DNA of 64,000 nt, taken from NCBI RefSeq assembly GCF_009914755.1, contig NC_060925.1, one strand, 5' to 3'. The translations under genes and the position numbers were made by a program. Position 1 is the stretch's first letter; each line of letters starts with the position of its first letter. The notes below the pieces were generated by a model. That model had not been told where the DNA came from. It was given only the letters and a program-made list of their open reading frames with translations, and made no database searches. Source of the DNA: the human T2T-CHM13v2.0 reference genome, Homo sapiens. Shown piece by piece: positions 13,501 to 26,400 of this stretch.

Positions 13501-16430
13501 GGAATTCTTCTGTCTAGCCTTACATGAAAAAAAACCCGTTTCCAACGAAGGCCTCTAAGTGGTCAAAATATCCACGTGCAGTCTTTACAAACAGAGTGTT
13601 TCCAAACCGCTGAATGAAAAGAAAAGTTAAACTCTGAGAGTTGAACGCACACATCACGCAGCAGTTTCTGAGAATGATTCTGTCTAGTTTTTATACGAAG
13701 ATATTTCCTTTTCTGCCTTTGGCCCCAAAGCGCTTGAAATCTCCACTTGCAAATTCCACAAAAACAGTGTTTCAAATCTGCTCTCTCTAAATGAAAGTTC
13801 AACTCTGTCAGTTGAATACACACAACACAAGGAAGTTACTGAGAATTCTTCTGTCTAGCATAATATGAAGAAATCCCGTTTCCAACGAAGGCCTCAAAGG
13901 GGTCTGAATATCCACTTACAGACTTTATAAACAGAGTGTTTACTAACTGCTCTAGGAAAAGAAAGGTTAAACTCTGTGAGTTGAACACACACATCACAAA
14001 GGAGTTTCTGAGAATCATTCTGTCTAGTTTTTCTACGAAGATATTTCCTTTTCTACCATTGACCTCAAAGCGGCTGAAATCTCCACTTGCAAATTCCACA
14101 AAAAGAGTGTTTCAAGTCTGCTCTGTGTAAAGGATCGTTCAACTCTGTGAGTTGAATACACACAACACAAGGAAGTTACTGAGAATTCTTCTGTCTAGCA
14201 GAATATGAAGAAATCCCGTTTCCAACGAAGGCCTCAAAGAGGTCTGAATATCCACTTGCAGACTTTACAAACAGAGTGTTTCCTAACTGCTCTATGAAAA
14301 GAAAGGTTAAACTCTGTGATTTGAACGCACACATCACAAAGGAGTTTATGAGAATCATTCTGTCTATTCTTTATACGAAGATATTTCCTATTCTACCATT
14401 GACCTCAAAGCGGCTGTAATCTCCACTTGCAAATTCCACAAAAAGAGTGTTTCAAGTCTGCTCTGTGTAAAGGATCGTTCAACTCTGTGAGTTGAATGCA
14501 CACAACACAAAGAAGTTACTGAGAATTCTTCTGTCTAGCAGAATATGAAGAAATCCCGTTTCCAACGAAGGCCTCAAGGAGGTCTGAATATCCACTTGCA
14601 GACTTTACAAACAGAGTGTTTCCTAACTGCTCTATGAACAGAAAGGTTAAACTCTGTGAGTTGAACGCACACATCACAAAGGAGTTTCTGAGAATCATTC
14701 TGTCTAGTCTTTATACGAAGATATTTACTTTTCTACCATTGACCTCAAAGCGGCTGAAATCTCCACTTGCAAATTCCACAAAAAGAGTGTTTCAAGTCTG
14801 CTCTGTGTAAAGGATCATTCAACTCTGTGAGTTGAATATACACAACACAAGGAAGTTACTGAGAATTCTTCTGTCTAGCAGAATATGAAGAAATCCCGTT
14901 TCCAACGAAGGCCTCAAGGAGGTCTGAATATCCACTTGCAGACTTTACAAACAGAGTGTTTCCTAACTGCTCTATGAAAAGAAAGGTTAAACTCTGTGAG
15001 TTGAACGCACACATCACAAAGGAGTTTCTGAGAATCATTCTGTCTATTTTCTATAGGAAGATATTTCCTATTCTACCATTGACCTCAAAGCGGCTGAAAT
15101 CTCCACTTGCAAATTCCACAAAAAGAGTGTTTCAAGTCTGCTCTGTGTAAAGGATCGTTCAACTCTGTGAGTTGAATACACACAACACAAGGAAGTTACT
15201 GAGAATTCTTCTGTCTAGCAGAATATGAAGAAATCCCGTTTCCAACGAAGGCCTCAAAGAGGTCTGAATATCCACTTGCAGACTGTACAAAGAGAGTGTT
15301 TCCTAACTGCTCTATGAAAAGAAAAGTTAAATTCTGTGAGTTTAACGCACACATCACAAAGGAGTTTATGAGAATCATTCTGTCTAGTCTTTATACGAAG
15401 ATATTTCCTTTTCTACCATTGACCTCAAAGCGGCTGAAATCTCCACTTGCAAATTCCACAAAAAGAGTGTTTCAAGTCTGCTCTGTGTAAAGGATCGTTC
15501 AACTCTGTGAGTTGAATAAACACAACACAAGGAAGTTACTGAGAATTCTTCTGTCTAGCAGAATATGAAGAAATCCCGTTTCCAACGAAGGCCTCTAGGA
15601 GGTCTGAATATCCACTTGCAGACTTTACAAACAGAGTGTTTCCTAACTGCTCTATGAACAGAAAGGTTAAACTCTGTGAGTTGAACGAACACATCACAAC
15701 GCAGTTTGTGGGAATGATTCTGTCTAGTTTTGAAACGAAGATATTTCCTTTTCTGCCGTTGACCTTAAAGCGCTTGAAATCTACACTTGCAAATTGCACA
15801 AATAGAGTGTTTCAAATCTGCTCTGTCTAAGGGAACGTTCAACTCTGTGAGTTGAATGCACACAACACAAGGAAGTTACTGGGAATTCTTCTGTCTAGCC
15901 TTACATGAAAAAAACCCGTTTCCAACGAAGGCCTCTAAGTGGTCAAAATATCCACGTGCAGACTTTACAAACAGAGTGTTTCCAAACCGCTGAATGAAAA
16001 GAAAAGTTAAACTCTGAGAGTTGAACGCACACATCACGCAGCAGTTTCTGAGAATGATTCTGTCTAGTTTTTATACGAAGATATTTCCTTTTCTGCCTTT
16101 GGCCCCAAAGCGCTTGAAAGCTCCACTTGCAAATTCCACAAAAACAGTGTTTCAAATCTGCTCTCTCTAAATGAAAGTTCAACTCTGTCAGTTGAATACA
16201 CACAACACAAGGAAGTTACTGAGAATTCTTCTGTCTAGCATAATATGAAGAAATCCCGTTTCCAACGAAGGCCTCAAAGGGGTCTGAATATCCACTTGCA
16301 GACTTTATAAACAGAGTGTTTACTAACTGCTCTATGAAAAGAAAGGTTAAACTCTGTGAGTTGAACACACACATCACAAAGGAGTTTCTGAGAATCATTC
16401 TGTCTAGTTTTTCTACGAAGATATTTCCTT
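7600..16430. repeat. Tandem duplication, 4416-bp unit (13 dimers = 12-mer + 14-mer)
   Basis: Private variants recur at +4416: 'ctatgtgag' 7691/12107, 'taccatttccaccg' 8102/12518, 4-bp deletion 'acttacaaactttacagag' 8821/13237, 'gaaagctcc' 11700/16116. Boundaries are approximate. Confidence 0.9.
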
Positions 16431-18599
16431 TTCTACTATTGACCTCAAAGCGGCTGAAATCTCCACTTGCAAATTCTACAAATAGTGTGTTTCAAGTCTG
16501 CTCTGTGTAAAGGATCGTTCAACTCTGTGAGTTGAATACACACAACACAAGGAAGTTACTGAGAATTCTTCTGTCTAGCAGAATATGAAGAAATCCCGTT
16601 TCCAACGAAGGCCTCAAAGAGGTCTGAATATCCACTTGCAGACTTTACAAACAGAGTGTTTCATAACTGCTCTATGAAAAGAAAGGTTAAACTCTGTGAG
16701 TTGAACGCACACATCACAAAGGAGTTTCTGAGAAACGTTCTGTCTAGTTTCTATAGGAAGATATTTCCTATTCTACCATTGACCTCAAAGCGGCTGAAAT
16801 CTCCACTTGCAAATTCCACAAAAAGAATGTTTCAAGTCTGCTCTGTGTAAAGGATCGTTCAACTCTGTGAGTTGAATACACACAACACAAGGAAGTTACT
16901 GAGAATTCTTCTGTCTAGCAGAATATGAAGAAATCCCGTTTCCAACGAAGGCCTCAAAGAGGTCTGAATATCCACTTGCAGACTTTACAAACAGAGTGTT
17001 TCCTAACTGCTCTATGAAAAGAAAAGTTAAATTCTGTGAGTTTAACGCACACATCACAAAGGAGTTTATGAGAATCATTCTGTCTAGTATTTATACGAAG
17101 ATATTTTCTTTTCTACCATTGACCTCAAAGCGGCTGAAATCTCCACTTGCAAATTCCACAAAAAGAGTGTTTCAAGTCTGCTCTGTGTAAAGGATCGTTC
17201 AACTCTGTGAGTTGAATACACACAACACAAGGAAGTTACTGAGAATTCTTCTGTCTAGCAGAATAGGAAGAAATCCCGTTTCTAACGAAGGCCTCAAAGA
17301 GGTCTGAATATCCACTTGCAGACTTTACAAACAGAGTGTTTCCGAACGGCTCTATGAAAAGAAAAGTTAAACTCTGTGAGTTGAACGCACACATCACAAA
17401 GGAGTTTCTGAGAATCGTTCTGTCTAGTTTCTATAAGAAGATATTTCCTATTCTACCATTGACCTCAAAGCGGCTGAAATCTCCAGTTGCAAATTCCACA
17501 AAAAGAATGTTTCAAGTCTGCTCTGTGTAAAGGATCGTTCAACTCTGTGAGTTGAATGCACACAACACAAGGAAGTTACTGGGAATTCTTCTGTCTAGCC
17601 TTACATGAAAAAAACCCGTTTCCAACGAAGGCCTCTAAGTGGTCAAAATTTCCACGTGCAGACTTTACAAACAGAGTGTTTCCAAACCGCTGAATGAAAA
17701 GAAAAGTTAAACTCTGAGAGTTGAACGCACACATCACGCAGCAGTTTCTGAGAATGATTCTGTCTAGTTTTTATACGAAGATATTTCCTTTTCTGCCTTT
17801 GGCCCCAAAGCGCTTGAAATCTCCACTTGCAAATTCCACAAAAACAGTGTTTCAAATCTGCTCTCTCTAAATGATAGTTCAACTCTGTCAGTTGAATACA
17901 CACAACACAAGGAAGTTACTGAGAATTCTTCTGTCTAGGATAATATGAAGAAATCCCGTTTCCAACGAAGACCTCAAAGGGGTCTGAATATCCACTTGCA
18001 GACTTTATAAACAGAGTGTTTACTAACTGCTCTATGAAAAGAAAGGTTAAACTCTGTGAGTTGAACGCACACATCACAAAGGAGTTTCTGAGAATCATTC
18101 TGTCTAGTTTCTATAGGAAGATATTTCCTATTCTACCATTGACCTCAAAGCGGCTGAAATCTCCACTTGCAAATTCCACAAAAAGAGTGTTTCAAGTCTG
18201 CTCTGTGTAAAGGATCGTTCAACTCTGTGAGTTGAATACACACAACACAAGGAAGTTACTGAGAATTATTCTGTCTAGCAGAATATGAAGAAATCCCGTT
18301 TCCAACGAAGGCCTCAAGGAGGTCTGAATATCCACTTGCAGACTTTACAAACAGAGTGTTTCCTAACTGCTCTATGAACAGAAAGGTTAAACTCTGTGAG
18401 TTGAACGAACACATCACAACGCAGTTTGTGGGAATGATTCTGTCTAGTTTTGAAACGAAGATATTTCCTTTTCTGCCATTGACCTTAAAGCGCTTGAAAT
18501 CTACACTTGCAAATTGCACAAATAGAGTGTTTCAAATCTGCTCTGTCTAAGGGAACGTTCAACTCTGTGAGTTGAATGCACACAACACAAGGAAGTTAC

Positions 18600-21500
18600 T
18601 GGGAATTCTTCTGTCTAGCCTTACATGAAAAAAACCCGTTTCCAACGAAGGCCTCTAAGTGGTCAAAATTTCCACGTGCAGACTTTACAAACAGAGTGTT
18701 TCCAAACCGCTGAATGAAAAGAAAAGTTAAACTCTGAGAGTTGAACGCACACATCACGCAGCAGTTTCTGAGAATGATTCTGTCTAGTTTTTATACGAAG
18801 ATATTTCCTTTTCTGCCTTTGGCCCCAAAGCGCTTGAAATCTCCACTTGCAAATTCCACAAAAACAGTGTTTCAAATCTGCTCTCTCTAAATGAAAGTTC
18901 AACTCTGTCAGTTGAATACACACAACACAAGGAAGTTACTGAGAATTCTTCTGTCTAGCATAATATGAAGAAATCCCGTTTCCAACGAAGGCCTCAAAGG
19001 GGTCTGAATATCCACTTGCAGACTTTATAAACAGAGTGTTTACTAACTGCTCTATGAAAAGAAAGGTTAAACTCTGTGAGTTGAACACACACATCACAAA
19101 GGAGTTTCTGAGAATCATTCTGTCAAGTTTTTCTACGAAGATATTTCCTTTTCTACTATTGACCTCAAACGGCTGAAATCTCCACTTGCAAATTCTACAA
19201 ATAGAGTGTTTCAAGTCTGCTCTGTGTAAAGGATCGTTCAACTCTGTGAGTTGAATACACACAACACAAGGAAGTTACTGAGAATTCTTCTGTCTAGCAG
19301 AAAATGAAGAAATCCCGTTTCCAACGAAGGCCTCAAAGAGGTCTGAATATCCACTTGCAGACTTTACAAACAGAGTGTTTCCTAACTGCTCTATGAAAAG
19401 AAAGGTTAAACTCTGTGAGTTGAACGCACACATCACAAAGGAGTTTCTGAGAATCGTTCTGTCTAGTTTCTATAGGAAGATATTTCCTATTCTACCATTG
19501 ACCTCAAAGCGGCTGAAATCTCCACTTGCAAATTCCACAAAAAGAATGTTTCAAGTCTGCTCTGTGTAAAGGATCGTTCAACTCTGTGAGTTGAATACAC
19601 ACAACACAAGGAAGTTACTGAGAATTCTTCTGTCTAGCATAATATGAAGAAATCCCGTTTCCAACGAAGGCCTCAAAGAGGTCTGAATATCCACTTGCAG
19701 ACTTTACAAACAGAGTGTTTCCTAACTGCTCTATGAAAAGAAAAGTTAAACTCTGTGAGTTGAACGCACACATCACAAAGGAGTTTCTGAGAATCATTCT
19801 GTCTAGTCTTTATACGAAGATATTTCCTTTTGTACCATTGACCTCAAAGCGGCTGAAATCTCCACTTGCAAATTCCACAAAAAGAGTGTTTCAAGTCTGC
19901 TCTGTGTAAAGGATCGTTCAACTCTGTGAGTTGAATACACACAACACAAGGAAGTTACTGAGAATTCTTCTGTCTAGCAGAATATGAAGAAATCCCGTTT
20001 CCAACGAAGGCCTCAAGGAGGTCTGAATATCCACTTGCAGACTTTACAAACAGAGTGTTTCCTAACAGCTCTATGAACAGAAAGGTTAAACTCTGTGAGT
20101 TGAACGCACACATCACAAAGGAGTTTCTGAGAATCATTCTGTCTAGTCTTTATACGAAGATATTTACTTTTCTACCATTGACCTCAAAGCGGCTGAAATC
20201 TCCACTTGCAAATTCCACAAAAAGAGTGTTTCAAGTCTGCTCTGTGTAAAGGATCATTCAACTCTGTGAGTTGAATAAACACAACACAAGGAAGTTACTG
20301 AGAATTCTTCTGTCTAGCAGAATATGAAGAAATCCAGTTTCCAGCGAAGGCCTCAACGAGGTCTGAATATCCACTAGCAGACTTTACAAACAGAGTGTTT
20401 CCTAACTGCTCTATGAAAAGAAAGGTTAAACTCTGTGAGTTGAACACACACATCACAAAGGAGTTTCTGAGAATCATTCTGTCTAGTTTTTCTACGAAGA
20501 TATTTCCTTTTCTACTATTGACCTCAAAGCGGCTGAAATCTCCACTTGCAAATTCCACAAAAAGAGTGTTTCAAGTGTGCTCTGTGTAAAGGATCGTTCA
20601 ACTCTGTGAGTTGAATACACACAACACAAGGAAGTTACTGAGAATTCTTCTGTCTAGCAGAATATGAAGAAATCCCGTTTCCAACGAAGGCCTCAAAGAG
20701 GTCTGAATATCCACTTGCAGACTTTACAAACAGAGTGTTTCCTAACTGCTCTATGAAAAGAAAGGTTAAACTCTGTGAGTTGAACGCACACATCACAAAG
20801 GAGTTTCTGAGAATCGTTCTGTCTAGTTTCTATAGGAAGATATTTCCTATTCTACCATTGACCTCAAAGCGGCTGAAATCTCCACTTGCAAATTCCACAA
20901 AAAGAATGTTTCAAGTCTGCTCTGTGTAAAGGATCGTTCAACTCTGTGAGTTGAATACACACAACACAAGGAAGTTACTGAGAATTCTTCTGTCTAGCAG
21001 AATATGAAGAAATCCCGTTTCCAACGAAGGCCACAAGATGTCAGAATATCCACTTACAGACTTTACAAACAGAGTGTTTCCTAACTGCTCTATGAACAGA
21101 AAGGTTAAACTCTGTGAGTTGAACGAACACATCACAACGCAGTTTGTGGGAATGATTCTGTCTAGTTTTGAAACGAAGATATTTCCTTTTCTGCCGTTGA
21201 CCTTAAAGAGCTTGAAAACTACACTTGCAAATTGCACAAATAGAGTGTTTCAAATCTGCTCTGTCTAAGGGAACGTTCAACTCTGTGAGTTGAATGCACA
21301 CAACACAAGGAAGTTACTGGGAATTCTTCTGTCTAGCCTTACATGAAAAAAACCCGTTTCCAACGAAGGCCTCTAAGTGGTCAAAATTTCCACGTGCAGA
21401 CTTTACAAACAGAGTGTTTCCAAACCGCTGAATGAAAAGAAAAGTTAAACTCTGAGAGTTGAACGCACACATCACGCAGCAGTTTCTGAGAATGATTCTG

Positions 21501-24500
21501 TCTAGTTTTTATACGAAGATATTTCCTTTTCTGCCTTTGGCCCCAAAGCGCTTGAAATCTCCACTTGCAAATTCCACAAAAACAGTGTTTCAAATCTGCT
21601 CTCTCTAAATGAAAGTTCAACTCTGTCAGTTGAATACACACAACACAAGGAAGTTACTGAGAATTCTTCTGTCTAGCATAATATGAAGAAATCCCGTTTC
21701 CAACGAAGGCCTCAAAGGGGTCTGAATATCCACTTGCAGACTTTATAAACAGAGTGTTTACTAACTGCTCTATGAAAAGAAAGGTTAAACTCTGTGAGTT
21801 GAACACACACATCACAAAGGAGTTTCTGAGAATCATTCTGTCAAGTTTTTCTACGAAGATATTTCCTTTTCTACTATTGACCTCAAACGGCTGAAATCTC
21901 CACTTGCAAATTCTACAAATAGAGTGTTTCAAGTCTGCTCTGTGTAAAGGATCGTTCAACTCTGTGAGTTGAATACACACAACACAAGGAAGTTACTGAG
22001 AATTCTTCTGTCTAGCAGAATATGAAGAAATCCCGTTTCCAACGAAGGCCTCAAAGAGGTCTGAATATCCACTTGCAGACTTTACAAACAGAGTGTTTCC
22101 TAACTGCTCTATGAAAAGAAAGGTTAAACTCTGTGAGTTGAACGCACACATCACAAAGGAGTTTCTGAGAATCGTTCTGTCTAGTTTCTATAGGAAGATA
22201 TTTCCTATTCTACCATTGACCTCAAAGCGGCTGAAATCTCCACTTGCAAATTCCACAAAAAGAATGTTTCAAGTCTGCTCTGTGTAAAGGATCGTTCAAC
22301 TCTGTGAGTTGAATACACACAACACAAGGAAGTTACTGAGAATTCTTCTGTCTAGCATAATATGAAGAAATCCCGTTTCCAACGAAGGCCTCAAAGAGGT
22401 CTGAATATCCACTTGCAGACTTTACAAACAGAGTGTTTCCTAACTGCTCTATGAAAAGAAAAGTTAAACTCTGTGAGTTGAACGCACACATCACAAAGGA
22501 GTTTCTGAGAATCATTCTGTCTAGTCTTTATACGAAGATATTTCCTTTTGTACCATTGACCTCAAAGCGGGTGAAATCTCCACTTGCAAATTCCACAACA
22601 AGAGTGTTTCAAGTCTGCTCTGTGTAAAGGATCGTTCAACTCTGTGAGTTGAATACACACAACACAAGGAAGTTACTGAGAATTCTTCTGTCTAGCAGAA
22701 TATGAAGAAATCCCGTTTCCAACGAAGGCCTCAAGGAGGTCTGAATATCCACTTGCAGACTTTACAAACAGAGTGTTTCCTAACAGCTCTATGAACAGAA
22801 AGGTTAAACTCTGTGAGTTGAACGCACACATCACAAAGGAGTTTCTGAGAATCATTCTGTCTAGTCTTTATACGAAGATATTTACTTTTCTACCATTGAC
22901 CTCAAAGCGGCTGAAATCTCCACTTGCAAATTCCACAAAAAGAGTGTTTCAAGTCTGCTCTGTGTAAAGGATCATTCAACTCTGTGAGTTGAATAAACAC
23001 AACACAAGGAAGTTACTGAGAATTCTTCTGTCTAGCAGAATATGAAGAAATCCTGTTTCCAACGAAGGCCTCAACGAGGTCTGAATATCCACTTGCAGAC
23101 TTTACAAACAGAGTGTTTCCTAACTGCTCTATGAAAAGAAAGGTTAAACTCTGTGAGTTGAACACACACATCACAAAGGAGTTTCTGAGAATCATTCTGT
23201 CTAGTTTTTCTACGAAGATATTTCCTTTTCTACTATTGACCTCAAAGCGGCTGAAATCTCCACTTGCAAATTCCACAAAAAGAGTGTTTCAAGTCTGCTC
23301 TGTGTAAAGGATCGTTCAACTCTGTGAGTTGAATACACACTACACAAGGAATTTACTGAGAATTCTTCTGTCTAGCAGAATATGTAGAAATCCCGTTTCC
23401 AACGAAGGCCTCAAAGAGGTCTGAATATCCACTTGCAGACTTTACAAACAGAGTGTTTCCTAACTGCTCTATGAAAAGAAAGGTTAAACTCTGTGAGTTG
23501 AACGCACACATCACAAAGGAGTTTCTGAGAATCGTTCTGTCTAGTTTCTATAGGAAGATATTTCCTATTCTACCATTGACCTCAAAGCGGCTGAAATCTC
23601 CACTTGCAAATTCCACAAAAAGAATGTTTCAAGTCTGCTCTGTGTAAAGGATCGTTCAACTCTGTGAGTTGAATACACACAACACAAGGAAGTTACTGAG
23701 AATTCTTCTGTCTAGCAGAATATGAAGAAATCCCGTTTCCAACGAAGGCCACAAGATGTCAGAATATCCACTTACAGACTTTACAAACAGAGTGTTTCCT
23801 AACTGCTCTATGAACAGAAAGGTTAAACTCTGTGAGTTGAACGAACACATCACAACGCAGTTTGTGGGAATGATTCTGTCTAGTTTTGAAACGAAGATAT
23901 TTCCTTTTCTGCCGTTGACCTTAAAGAGCTTGAAATCTACACTTGCAAATTGCACAAATAGAGTGTTTCAAATCTGCTCTGTCTAAGGGAACGTTCAACT
24001 CTGTGAGTTGAATGCACACAACACAAGGAAGTTACTGGGAATTCTTCTGTCTAGCCTTACATGAAAAAAACCCGTTTCCAACGAAGGCCTCTAAGTGGTC
24101 AAATTTCCACGTGCAGACTTTACAAACAGAGTGTTTCCAAACCGCTGAATGAAAAGAAAAGTTAAACTCTGAGAGTTGAACGCACACATCACGCAGCAGT
24201 TTCTGAGAATGATTCTGTCTAGTTTTTATACGAAGATATTTCCTTTTCTGCCTTTGGCCCCAAAGCGCTTGAAATCTCCACTTGCAAATTCCACAAAAAC
24301 AGTGTTTCAAATCTGCTCTCTCTAAATGAAAGTTCAACTCTGTCAGTTGAATACACACAACACAAGGAAGTTACTGAGAATTCTTCTGTCTAGCATAATA
24401 TGAAGAAATCCCGTTTCCAACGAAGGCCTCAAAGGGGTCTGAATATCCACTTGCAGACTTTATAAACAGAGTGTTTCCTAACTGCTCTATGAAAAGAAAG

Positions 24501-26400
24501 GTTAAACTCTGTGAGTTGAACGCACACATCACAAAGGAGTTTCTGAGAATCGTTCTGTCTAGTTTCTATAGGAAGATATTTCCTATTCTACCATTGACCT
24601 CAAAGCGGCTGAAATCTCCACTTGCAAATTCCACAAAAAGAATGTTTCAAGTCTGCTCCGTGTAAAGGATCGTTCAACTCTGTGAGTTGAATACACACAA
24701 CACAAGGAAGTTACTGAGAATTCTTCTGTCTAGCATAATATGAAGAAATCCCGTTTCCAACGAAGGCCTCAAAGAGGTCTGAATATCCACTTGCAGACTT
24801 TACAAACAGAGTGTTTCCTAACTGCTCTATGAAAAGAAAAGTTAAACTCTGTGAGTTGAACGCACACATCACAAAGGAGTTTCTGAGAATCATTCTGTCT
24901 AGTCTTTATACGAAGATATTTCCTTTTCTACCATTGACCTCAAAGCGGCTGAAATCTCCACTTGCAAATTCCACAAAAAGAGTGTTTCAAGTCTGCTGTG
25001 TGTAAAGGATCGTTCAACTCTGTGAGTTGAATACACACAACACAAGGAAGTTACTGAGAATTCTTCTGTCTAGCAGAATATGAAGAAATCCCGTTTCCAA
25101 CGAAGGCCTCAAGGAGGACTGAATATCCACTTGCAGACTTTACAAACAGAGTGTTTCCTAACAGCTCTATGAACAGAAAGGTTAAACTCTGTGAGTTGAA
25201 CGCACACATCACAAAGGAGTTTCTGAGAATCATTCTGTCTAGTCTTTATACGAAGATATTTACTTTTCTACCATTGACCTCAAAGCGGCTGAAATCTCCA
25301 CTTGCAAATTCCACAAAAAGAGTGTTTCAAGTCTGCTCTGTGTAAAGGATCATTCAACTCTGTGAGTTGAATAAACACAACACAAGGAAGTTACTGAGAA
25401 TTCTTCTGTCTAGCAGAATATGAAGAAATCCCGTTTCCAAAGAAGGCCTCAACGAGGTCTGAATATCCACTTGCAGACTTTACAAACAGAGTGTTTCCTA
25501 ACTGCTCTATGAAAAGAAAGGTTAAACTCTGTGAGTTGAACACACACATCACAAAGGAGTTTCTGAGAATCATTCTGTCTAGTCTTTATACGAAGATATT
25601 TCCTTTTCTACCATTGACCTCAAAGCGGCTGAAATCTCCACTTGCAAATTCCACAAAAAGAGTGTTTCAAGTCTGCTCTCTGTAAAGGATCTTTCAACTC
25701 TGTGAGTTGAATACACACAACACAAAGAAGTTACTGAGAATTCTTCTGTCTAGCAGAATATGTAGAAATCCCGTTTCCAACGAAGGCCTCAAAGAGGTCT
25801 GAATATCCACTTGCAGACTTTACAAACAGAGTGTTTCCTAACTGCTCTGTGAAAAGAAAGGTTAAACTCTGTGAGTTGAACGCACACATCACAAAGGAGT
25901 TTCTGAGAATCGTTCTGTCTAGTTTCTATAGGAAGATATTTCCTATTCTACCATTGACCTCAAAGCGGCTGAAATCTCCACTTGCAAATTCCACAAAAAG
26001 AATGTTTCAAGTCTGCTCTGTGTAAAGGATCGTTCAACTCTGTGAGTTGAATACACACAACACAAGGAAGTTACTGAGAATTCTTCTGTCTAGCAGAATA
26101 TGAAGAAATCCCGTTTCCAACGAAGGCCACAAGATGTCAGAATATCCACTTACAGACTTTACAAACAGAGTGTTTCCTAACTGCTCTATGAACAGAAAGG
26201 TTAAACTCTGTGAGATGAACGAACACATCACAACGCAGTTTGTGGGAATGATTCTGTCTAGTTTTGAAACGAAGATATTTCCTTTTCTGCCGTTGACCTT
26301 AAAGAGCTTGAAAACTACACTTGCAAGTTGCACAAATAGAGTGTTTCAAATCTGCTCTGTCTAAGGGAACGTTCAACTCTGTGAGTTGAATGCACACAAC
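18600..26400. repeat. Tandem triplication of a ~2718-bp 16-mer; third copy lacks one dimer
   Basis: 'tgtcaagttt' 19121/21839, 1-bp deletion 'ctcaaacggctg' ~19164/21882, 'cctaacagct' 20061/22779/25157, 'ctcaacgagg' 20352/23070/25448. Confidence 0.85.
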
